Position numbers and translations under genes: made by a program. The notes below the pieces were generated by a model. It saw only the letters and a program-made list of their open reading frames with translations. It did no database searches and was not told the origin of the DNA. Shown here piece by piece: positions 28,616 to 37,500 of a stretch of DNA of 64,000 bases. Source of the DNA: a virus (lineage: Duplodnaviria; Caudoviricetes); IMG/VR virus record IMGVR_UViG_3300025267_000006, positions 41,384-105,383 of that record; one strand, 5' to 3'. How positions within the stretch are numbered: position 1 is the stretch's first letter; the number at the start of each line of letters is the position of its first letter.

Positions 28616-29075
28616 CAGTTACCTCATCCCTAATTATCTTGGCTACATCTACTAAAAATTCATTAGTTAATTCGGAACCTCTTAATTCAACCTGTCCTTT
28701 TAACCCAGCAACAAGCGAATCTACTGCTTGTTTTTTATCCCTAAATCTTAATTCATCATTCAACACACCATCTTCGCCAGCCAGAGCTATCAATTTATAG
28801 CCCTGCATCAACTGACGTTTAGATTCTGTCAGAGTGGAGATAGAATCTTCAAAAACCTCCAACTCTGCACTTGTGTTGATCTGCTTTTTAAAGTCAGCCC
28901 AACTGTACCGATACCTCCAAGATTTCAGAGTATCTATCGGTACGTCTAATTGCTTATTAATAACGTCTATTGAGGTTCCTTGTCCAAAGAGGTCTTTGGC
29001 TTGTTGACGGATTTCTTTGGGCCACGCTGAGGAGCCTCTTGTTTTACTTTTATCTTCTTTATCTCTTTTTCCCAT
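28536..29075 (-). CDS. Terminase small subunit (HTH)
   Basis: N-terminal HTH (AKDLF...LDVPIDTLKSWRYRYSW) directly upstream of terL. Confidence 0.65.
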   Translation of the reverse strand: MGKRDKEDKSKTRGSSAWPKEIRQQAKDLFGQGTSIDVINKQLDVPIDTLKSWRYRYSWADFKKQINTSAELEVFEDSISTLTESKRQLMQGYKLIALAGEDGVLNDELRFRDKKQAVDSLVAGLKGQVELRGSELTNEFLVDVAKIIRDEVTDVITLQRIGEKLVALGKLYNQRAVPS

Positions 29076-29302
29076 TGGCCTAAAACCTTCTGTGCGTACT
29101 TAGCATCTATTGTTGGTTCCTTACCCACATATTTACCTTCTAGAGCAGGTATCCAACTCTGCAACATAGCAACGAATTCTCTAAAATCATGAATATCATT
29201 AAATCCTATTACGGGAGCAGGACAAAGCAAAGAAACTTTACCCCTAATAGGATCTATCATCACACTAAAGTCTTCGAAATCTGATTCATTATGTAGTGAC
29301 AT
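28967..29302 (-). CDS. Hypothetical protein
   Basis: Coupled stop/start with the upstream gene. Confidence 0.55.
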   Translation of the reverse strand: MSLHNESDFEDFSVMIDPIRGKVSLLCPAPVIGFNDIHDFREFVAMLQSWIPALEGKYVGKEPTIDAKYAQKVLGQWEKEIKKIKVKQEAPQRGPKKSVNKPKTSLDKEPQ

Positions 29303-29796
29303 TAGAACTTCCTTGGACCACTAGTTACCCCACTGGAAGAAGGAACGTCTGGAGCATTTGATTGATACCCATACCCACCTTCAGCTATACGTCTCCAATC
29401 AAAATGACCAATATGCCTTCTATCAGAAAAGGTCAGGCACATAGGAACTAAATTATTTCCATTATATCCATTAAATATTTTTTTATCTTCTATATAAATA
29501 TCCTTCTTATCGCACCCATCCGACAAAGTGTTATATAAGCAACCACTTTCTGTGCAAACTATACCTGATGATTCTTCATTTGTGGAATTGTAGCTAGCAC
29601 ACTTATGAACTTTTTGCTTTATACCAGAAGATGAATTAGCTTTAGAAGATATAATTTCTATTCCAGAACGAGAGCAACTCCCCCTAAATTCTTCCTCAGA
29701 GGGAACTAAAGGCGTATATCCAATCGGTCTCTCACGCTGAACTGGCGTATCCAATGCTTTCCAATTGGAACATTCCAGAACTTTACAATAAATCAA
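29302..29796 (-). CDS. Cys-rich protein with two DUF1540-like repeats
   Basis: IYCKVLECSNW...C...I...C and VCTESGCLYN...C...IYI...CLTF. Confidence 0.55.
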   Translation of the reverse strand: MIYCKVLECSNWKALDTPVQRERPIGYTPLVPSEEEFRGSCSRSGIEIISSKANSSSGIKQKVHKCASYNSTNEESSGIVCTESGCLYNTLSDGCDKKDIYIEDKKIFNGYNGNNLVPMCLTFSDRRHIGHFDWRRIAEGGYGYQSNAPDVPSSSGVTSGPRKF

Positions 29797-30095
29797 CCTG
29801 TACGTACCCTTCTTTCCTTAGCAGTTTTGATCATCTTAAAGGCCCATTGATCAAACCATTTATATTGTTCATCTTTAGTAGCGTATTCACTTAGCTGTCT
29901 AAAGATGTCTACAGCTACAGGCTCAATATGAATATCATCAATATAACCACGACCCCTCAAAAAACTAATTATTGAAAGTCGGGTAATAGAAGAGAAAACT
30001 ATGGGCGTAGGATATTCCATCACGTCAAAAGTCTCTTTGACGTGATCCAAAATAACTTCTTTCTCAGAGGCTTCGAGTGCAAACAAAATAGGCAT
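29793..30095 (-). CDS. Hypothetical protein
   Basis: AGGAGGAG RBS. Confidence 0.65.
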   Translation of the reverse strand: MPILFALEASEKEVILDHVKETFDVMEYPTPIVFSSITRLSIISFLRGRGYIDDIHIEPVAVDIFRQLSEYATKDEQYKWFDQWAFKMIKTAKERRVRTG

Positions 30096-30126
30096 AGCTC
30101 CTCCTATCTACCGGAACTATGCCTAC

Positions 30127-30155
30127 ACTATAACGCAGAGATTTGTATGTAGCAA
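30127..30155 (-). promoter_or_regulatory. Sigma70-type promoter upstream of the terminase/portal operon
   Basis: TTGCTA, 17 nt, TATAGT. Confidence 0.5.
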
Positions 30156-30163
30156 GTTTTTTA

Positions 30164-30406
30164 CTACTTATCAGATTCCCTTTCACTCTTTCTCTCAGCT
30201 AGAAGCCTCTCAGTTTGTAATTTCATCCACTCTTCATCATCCATCATAAGCTCTTTTATCCAATCTGAGACTGGCTCATCTTCATCATCCATCTCATATG
30301 GATCCTCAATATCAAACTGATTCTCCAACATCTGATCAGTCTTGAATTCAGAATACTCACGAGTACTTAGGAATTCTTCATATGCACTGAAATCTGATTT
30401 ATTCAT
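30164..30406 (-). CDS. Small acidic protein
   Basis: Asp/Glu-rich; GGAG RBS; preceded by TTGCTT-17-TATACT at 30423-30451. Confidence 0.6.
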   Translation of the reverse strand: MNKSDFSAYEEFLSTREYSEFKTDQMLENQFDIEDPYEMDDEDEPVSDWIKELMMDDEEWMKLQTERLLAERKSERESDK

Positions 30407-30453
30407 TTAATATCTCCACAGTAGTATACCAAAATTAAGGAAAAAAAGCAAAT

Positions 30454-33400
30454 TTATTTCTTTTTCTTCTTCCTAGCTGCAGTCCGTTTCGGTTTTTTAT
30501 AGGTAACTTCACCACCAGTTGTAAGACTCCACCCCTTCTTCTTCAATTCTTTTAGCTTCTCAGCAATAGCATTAAACTTCTTAGGGGAAATAGAAGTTAT
30601 ATTCTTCTCAAGCTCTTCTGTTTCTAATTCATTGTACTGATCCCACTCATCGAACAGGTCAGGGTCTATATAATTACCCAAACAAGTTCCGGGATCATTA
30701 CCTAAAATATCAGATGGATCCTCAGCCAATTCCATCTTAGCTCTATCCTGCCTACGCTGAATCCATAATCTAGTTATGTTCTGAATATTCGCAGCAGTGA
30801 GGGGAGATTCACCTGCGTCTTTCAAAGTAATGGTATCAGCAATGACTTGTTTAACTATGACTGCTTCTACAGACTCCATAAATTCTTGTGGTTTGAGAGA
30901 CGAGACAGTTCTATCCCCTATACTATAAGTAGTAGGGATATCAGCCTCTCCTATTAACTTAGCAGCCGCCTCATTAGCATGAAGTGTACGGAAATTCCTG
31001 GCAGTTAGCCTTACATTCGGAAGAGCATCAACCGTAACCCCTCTAATATAAGGATTTACATCCCCCAGAGGAGGGGTGCCAGTACCTCCCCATGCTCCAG
31101 CAGAGAATATGTAATCCTCATCTCCCAACTTCTTATCCCCACTCATTTCCGTAAGTTTCTTAGCCAGCACAGGATCTGTAACTGGGGCATGGTTAACTTT
31201 ACCCGATTTACCCACGAAAGAAAGCATCACAGAGCCATCTGATTGTGGAACTATATGCCGTTTCTGTAGAGTCGATATGCCAAAAGTTTTAACAGAGAAT
31301 TGAGATACTGCAGCATCCTTCCCTTCTCCACGTATCTTAGAGGCCAAAAGATCACTCTTTACAATAGAAACATCTGGCTTTACTTTCCTAACAGCAGCCA
31401 AACCTTTAGCCGTAGAAACCTTTCCCCCACCCGTCATCAATTTATCGCCATCTGGAACACTTATATCAGACTTAGAACCTACACTACCGGGACGACGAGC
31501 CGTATGAAAAATCAGAGCAGCTACCATAGCTGATCTCTGTATGGTATTCAGCCCCATAGCCCTATGCTTTGAAAAATCCTCGTTGGAAGTATCTTCTAGT
31601 GTAAATCTCTGGGGGCTGGATATATCTGAAGCTGCTCTCTGAGCAAGTTTATCTATGATCCCAGACTTAATTAATTTATTTACCTTGGCAAACTTGGATC
31701 TACTACTACTAGCAGACCATGACCAACTATACTTAGTAACTGGTTTTCCTTTAGGACTTACAAGAGTTGCCTGTACCTTACCGTTCATATTTGTATTGAT
31801 TAGAACATCAGTATTAGTACCTATATTAACCCAATGCCCATCCCCTGTAGTAACACCAACAAGACTCTTCTCAACCTCACCAGTTTCTTCATTCTCTACT
31901 TCTTTATAGACAGCTACATTAGGTTGAAGGGGAGTATCATTTGGATCATTAGCTCCTAAACCAGATACATAAGCTTGTCTGGTCTGTGCCGTAATCTGTG
32001 CACCAGAGATTTCCTCCAAACCCTTCGCATATTCTTCTATAGGCACCATCTGAAGTCCGCTAGGAAGCTCAGGATCAGGATCGACGGGTTTTCTAGCTCC
32101 CCTAGGAGCACCAGCCCCGGTAACCATTCCAGGCCCTATAGGGGCACCATCGGCAGTAATCTCATATCCAATAACATCATATTTACCGCCATGAGGGCCA
32201 ACATGTTTTCCCCTATCATGCCGATACTTTTGAGTTTCAGGAAGCTTCCAAGTCCAATCCTCAAATCGTGCCCATTCGGATTCTTCCTGTTTAGCCAGAT
32301 ACTCTACAGCAGTGAGAAGAGTCATAAGTTCAGGGAAATCGTCTGACTTCTGAACCTTACTCGACCCTTCTAAGACTTGAGCCAGTTTAGGATTTATAGA
32401 CTTACCGCTCGGACTAGACTTCGCTGATAGATACAGCGTTCTCATCCACTTACGGAACGGAGATTTCCAGTCTTCTCCATTTAATTTCTCAGTACCAGTA
32501 CCAAAACGTACTGCTTTTTGGATATCTTCATGTCCCTTATGAAGTTCTTCCTCCAATGCCTCAGTGAACGCCTCTTCATTCTCAGCCTTCCAATGACCAT
32601 TTGCGACACCAGATTCCTCCGCAGCAGCTTGCCGCTGTCTTGGAGAGAGATCCCTTCTATAGATATTACCCACACCACGAATCATGTCTTTAACTTTATC
32701 TACAGACAAGAACTGTTGAAAAGTATTGGAATCCTCTTGCAATACGGTTAGTGCTGTAAGATCTTCATTACTCATTGATTCTAAAGCTGCAGGAGTTTCT
32801 GAAATCTTAAATGTCTCATAATCAGTAGTCTGACCGTTATAGCATCCAAGACCAGCCTTGTCCCCACCCATATCGCAGTTAGCACAGGTCCAATTATCCA
32901 AAGTGGGCTTAACTTCAAACTTTTCTGCTGTCTTTTTTCTGCCATCATCGATGGGACACATGTTCACACCGAGATGCTTTCTATTGTCGCTAGGCTGAAT
33001 AGCCCGAACCTGTTTTATATCTTCAGCCGTAGCCCCATTGTCCTTCTTCTTTAGATCCCTAACAGGAAGAACTACCTGAATACGATCTTTGTATTTCTCA
33101 GCAAACGAAAGATTCCTATCGAGTTCGGCTTGCCTCTCTTCTGGTGTTCGAACCTTGCCCGTCCTTCTATCTTTTATCGGACCTTTACCAGTGAATACAA
33201 ATGCTATTGGAAGATCATTGCCTTCAGCTATTTCTGGATTATCCTGATCAACACTCAACAACCTGATATTTTCTTTAGCCACCATATTTAAAAATGCTGG
33301 ACGCTTAGAAAATACATGGACTCTGATGCCCGTACCCTTTGGTGTCTCCGCTCTATTTACGTGATAGATTACTTTGGCCCAAGCCTCAGACCCTTCTCCC

Positions 33401-34557
33401 CTATCAAAGAACCTTAAGGCACGATTATTATCAAAAAGAACTTTTCCTTTGCCGTATACAAAATCTTTAGCAACTTGTGCTGCAAATCTCTTAGGGTCAT
33501 TATTCACAGCCCACTCTAGAAACTCCGATTTCATAATAATATTGGGCCATCGCCCCCTAGCGTTATAAGCGTAACAAAAATCCTTACAATCACCAGAAGG
33601 ATTACAATTCAAAGGACTTGCCGCTACGGCCCCCACAGGTTTAGCTGGACTACCCATGGCTTGAGATTTTTCAATATAATCCCATATGGCTTCACCGCCA
33701 TCACTTTTAATAGCTTCACCAAGCTCGTGTCTGGCAACAGAACTTTCACTTTCTCTTTCATCAATGGCAAAAAATGGATGATCCTCACCATTCAATAGGG
33801 CTGCTATTCCCTGCCTACATTCAGCAGATCTCTTAACAGCTAACCCCCAGGGACTCTTCCTCCACTCATCCCTGTCTTCTTCCTCAACTCCCATCTCCTC
33901 TAGCACATCATCTAAAGTTTTTCCTAACGCTTCAGCCTGTTCCTCTAAGCTATCGGCAGACCATACGTCTAATCTATCTTCTATCGCTCCAAGACCTACA
34001 TTCTGTCCATCCACAAATCCTTCATGATCTATCTCGTCTAACCACGAACCAGCTATTTCTTCAACTCTATTTTCAGGAGTGTTTCCTAATAGTCCAAGTC
34101 CTTTAACAAAAGCAGCTACACTTTTGATTTGATCTTCATTCAAATCGGGACGAACTGCACGTAACTTCTCTAGATGAGCGGCCTCAGCAGGATTAGCTTC
34201 AGTAGGAGCTTGAGGTTGAGGTTGAGGCACACCAGCAGGAGCTAAGGGATTTCCCTCTTGATCCACTTCCGTTCCTATTATTGAAAAACGTCCCTCTCTT
34301 GGCCCCTTATGTTGGCCCTCAGGATGGTAGTGACGCTTCTCTGGGGGAACAAACCCCGTAACCCACTCCTCAGAGATTTCACCCTGCTTAAATAAATATT
34401 CAGCAGCGGCAAGAAGAGTCATAAGTTCAGGAAGGTCGTTAGATTTCTTCAACTTCTTATTCTTCTTTTTATATTTATCTGCTTTATTGGAATCTCGAAC
34501 AGATTTAATCCAATTAGCACTTTCATACGATCTATCTACATTTATTCGTATTACCAT
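30454..34557 (-). CDS. Polyprotein: [module]-GP88-like Cys-rich domain-[module]-type IB DNA topoisomerase
   Basis: GP88-like CNPSGDCKDFCYA...LRFFDRGE...HVFSKR...CP...CANC...CY. Topo IB pentad: TARRPG (R), FVGKSG (K), NFRT (R), LGN (N in place of H), NYIDP (Y). Confidence 0.85.
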   Translation of the reverse strand: MVIRINVDRSYESANWIKSVRDSNKADKYKKKNKKLKKSNDLPELMTLLAAAEYLFKQGEISEEWVTGFVPPEKRHYHPEGQHKGPREGRFSIIGTEVDQEGNPLAPAGVPQPQPQAPTEANPAEAAHLEKLRAVRPDLNEDQIKSVAAFVKGLGLLGNTPENRVEEIAGSWLDEIDHEGFVDGQNVGLGAIEDRLDVWSADSLEEQAEALGKTLDDVLEEMGVEEEDRDEWRKSPWGLAVKRSAECRQGIAALLNGEDHPFFAIDERESESSVARHELGEAIKSDGGEAIWDYIEKSQAMGSPAKPVGAVAASPLNCNPSGDCKDFCYAYNARGRWPNIIMKSEFLEWAVNNDPKRFAAQVAKDFVYGKGKVLFDNNRALRFFDRGEGSEAWAKVIYHVNRAETPKGTGIRVHVFSKRPAFLNMVAKENIRLLSVDQDNPEIAEGNDLPIAFVFTGKGPIKDRRTGKVRTPEERQAELDRNLSFAEKYKDRIQVVLPVRDLKKKDNGATAEDIKQVRAIQPSDNRKHLGVNMCPIDDGRKKTAEKFEVKPTLDNWTCANCDMGGDKAGLGCYNGQTTDYETFKISETPAALESMSNEDLTALTVLQEDSNTFQQFLSVDKVKDMIRGVGNIYRRDLSPRQRQAAAEESGVANGHWKAENEEAFTEALEEELHKGHEDIQKAVRFGTGTEKLNGEDWKSPFRKWMRTLYLSAKSSPSGKSINPKLAQVLEGSSKVQKSDDFPELMTLLTAVEYLAKQEESEWARFEDWTWKLPETQKYRHDRGKHVGPHGGKYDVIGYEITADGAPIGPGMVTGAGAPRGARKPVDPDPELPSGLQMVPIEEYAKGLEEISGAQITAQTRQAYVSGLGANDPNDTPLQPNVAVYKEVENEETGEVEKSLVGVTTGDGHWVNIGTNTDVLINTNMNGKVQATLVSPKGKPVTKYSWSWSASSSRSKFAKVNKLIKSGIIDKLAQRAASDISSPQRFTLEDTSNEDFSKHRAMGLNTIQRSAMVAALIFHTARRPGSVGSKSDISVPDGDKLMTGGGKVSTAKGLAAVRKVKPDVSIVKSDLLASKIRGEGKDAAVSQFSVKTFGISTLQKRHIVPQSDGSVMLSFVGKSGKVNHAPVTDPVLAKKLTEMSGDKKLGDEDYIFSAGAWGGTGTPPLGDVNPYIRGVTVDALPNVRLTARNFRTLHANEAAAKLIGEADIPTTYSIGDRTVSSLKPQEFMESVEAVIVKQVIADTITLKDAGESPLTAANIQNITRLWIQRRQDRAKMELAEDPSDILGNDPGTCLGNYIDPDLFDEWDQYNELETEELEKNITSISPKKFNAIAEKLKELKKKGWSLTTGGEVTYKKPKRTAARKKKKK
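32135..32352 (-). repeat. Cargo module copy 5 (before topoisomerase IB)
   Basis: QKSDDFPELMTLLTAVEYLAKQE...PETQKYRHDRGKHVGPHGGKYDVIGYEITADGAPIG; boundaries approximate. Confidence 0.85.
34240..34450 (-). repeat. Cargo module copy 4 (before GP88-like domain)
   Basis: KKSNDLPELMTLLAAAEYLFKQG...VPPEKRHYHPEGQHKGPREGRFSIIGTEVDQEGNPL. Confidence 0.9.
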
Positions 34558-34566
34558 AATAATTCC

Positions 34567-37500
34567 CTACGCTGGTCGAGGTTCCCCAACTGTACCCTTC
34601 ACGGGTTTCTCATCCTCATCGCTACTTGGAGCCGCAGCTAGTAATTCTGCTATACGTTCTGGGGAAGGAGTTCCCACTACGGATTGTTTTAAACTCTCTG
34701 CCAACTGTTTATCTCCTTGCTTCCTTCTCTCCACTAACTGATGCTCTGTAAGTTTGGGTGCTTTAGTAGGAAAGGTAGAACTTTCCTCTGTATCAGCATA
34801 AGGATCAATAGACAATTTATCATCTGATGACAACTCTGCCCAGAGCCTAGGATGAACACTTCCCGACTCAGGTTCCCATCTTCTAGCTAAGCTCATAGCG
34901 GTCAATATTGATTCACGTTTCGAAGGATTCATTCTATGAATACCCTCAGCGTCAAAGTGTCCATATTGATGATCAATCTTATCAACGTCACTCATAGTCT
35001 CCTGATTATATTCCTCTATCATCTGAGCTACAGAATCTCTATAATCCCATACCTGTGTCTTCCTATTAGGAGAATTAATTCCAAGAACCTCATTCTCATT
35101 ACCAAGAAAGGCATAAGATCCAAAATGAGTGAAAATATCATCTTTAGATATCTCAGATTTAAGAACTACAATTTCATCCGCCTTATCGCCAACCCATCTG
35201 TCAAAAGTCGATGATGGCTCAGCCTTCGGATTCATCTCATCTTGATACTTCTCATAAGAGGTAGACTCAAGCAACCAATCATTATCAGAAGCCTTGGCTG
35301 AAAATTTAAAAGCTACATAAGGTTTAATTGTCCAACTCGTAAGGGGATTGGATTGAAGCTCCACTTCCTCACCCAAATAAGATTTTTCTCTCACTTCGTC
35401 TTTTAATCTAGCTCTCCGATATAATTTATCCCTCCCCTTCTCACCCACCGCTGTTATCTCACCATATTTACCCTCACGGGTAAATTTTCTAGATGGATCC
35501 GCTATCTCTCCTACAGTAGTACCCCTGTAAACAGTCAAAGTGTCCGTATCAGGAAAAGCCAAGTCCAGCATCCACCTACTCAAAGCTTTATGAACTCTTA
35601 CATACTCATCAATATCCTCTTGAGTAGGTTTTGCCCCAAGTTCCTCTTCCTCCCACTTAGATTCCAACAGTTGTTCAGCATTATCTTTCGCCAGAGACAG
35701 ACCTCTATCATCTTTGGCTCCCTGAAAAAATTGAACATCCCCATCAAACTGACGACCCACAGATTCCTGAATAGCCCAGGAGAAATAACCGCCAGTAGAA
35801 TCAGCTTCCCAATCATCCTTAGCCAACCTATGAATGGTTGAGAATTTAGTATTTGAATATAACTCATCCACCACACGAACCAATCTTGAGGTTGGGTCTG
35901 AACTCTCTAAATTCTGTAACCCACTTAAAACTTGACCATCAAATGTAGAATTTGGGAATGCTTTCCTGAATCCATCTTTACCCCCCTCTGGCATGGAAAG
36001 ATTCTCAGAAAAATAATTTATTAAATCATTCCCCAGATAACTAGCAGCTTTATATCTCAGGAAAGCTTGCTGAGCTATCGTAGGATTTGAATGCTCCATA
36101 AGAGGTAAAGCTTCTTGGCTGTTATATCCATTAACCCACTTATTCCTACGAGTAAAAGAAGGAAAAAGCCTTTCTTCATATAACTTTTCCAAAAAGAAAT
36201 CCCTTTGTTCCTCCCTTCCCTTATCCCCAAACAGATCTTGTGCAGTTCTAAGTACGGTTCCTATTTCCCCTTCATGCAAAACAGGTTCAGGTTTCGTCCA
36301 TTTACCTCTTCTTGCCGCAGTTGGATCTAATTTTATATCCCTTTCAATCATCTGCTTGTCAACGGTATCCCAATCCACCTCGTACTGGCCCGGAGTATAT
36401 GAAGTTGGGATTTCTATAGGAGTTTGTCTAACCTGAGTCGGTACAGCCTCACCTAAATCATTCCCGTCCTGATCCACTTCAGTCCCGATAATATCAAAAC
36501 GACCTTTCCTTGGTCCTTTATGTCTACCTGTAGGACTATATTTACGTTTCTCTGGTGGGACATACCCTGTTGTCCACCCCTCAGACCCTTCTCCCTGCTT
36601 AGCCAAATACTCTGTGGCAGCGAGAAGTGTCATAAGTTCTGGAAGATCGTTAGATTTCTTAATTTCCTTCTTTATAGATAAGTCTGCATGTATCGCTACT
36701 TCACGAGTTCCAAGAAAATCCCCTGCCGTATCAACACGAACCAAAGCATTATCTGGAACTGATTCCCTCGATACCTCACTTATACCCACTGTATCTGGAG
36801 TTGCATCACGGAAATTAACTAGAGGATCACCCACAAATAAAGGGTTTTGTACTAGAGGAAACCACTGTTTAGTATCCTCCTCGGTCATTTCAACTGCTAT
36901 ATCGAAGTAGTCATCGAGGAAATCCGCAATGTCCGCTCTATTCCTCTGATACAAAGTTACGAAATGCCTAGTCTCTCTTCCTGCAGGAGGATCACTTTCG
37001 ATATCTATTAGAGGCTCCAATGCTTGCTCATACAAAGCGGTATGAATGTCGTCAGAATCAATCTCTTCATCTATTTCCGCTAAACCCTTATCTGCCGCCG
37101 CTTGTAATCTACTATGAATGTATTGAGCATCCTCATCAACATACTTATTCAATAACTCTTTTATCTTCACCCAATCACTATCTGTATAGTCCGTAAGCTC
37201 AGTAGGCACACCTAAACGTGCTATCTCACCCGCACGGAGCATTTCTTTTTGCATAAATTTGGCATGTTCTGGGTCAGTAGTAAAATAGGCTGCATTGTTT
37301 AGTTCTTTTGTTTGTGGGCCACCTAGCCCATGTACCTGCTCCTCATCCCCCCTTAATGCCAAAATCGTCCCAGATGATTGTATTTTTTGGTGATGGGGAG
37401 AAACATGATACAAAACATCGGGTAATTCAGCCTTAGCGATCTTCCTACCGTTCCCAGGGGATAAAGAATAGTCATTTGTTACGTGAACTTTAGGTTCAAC

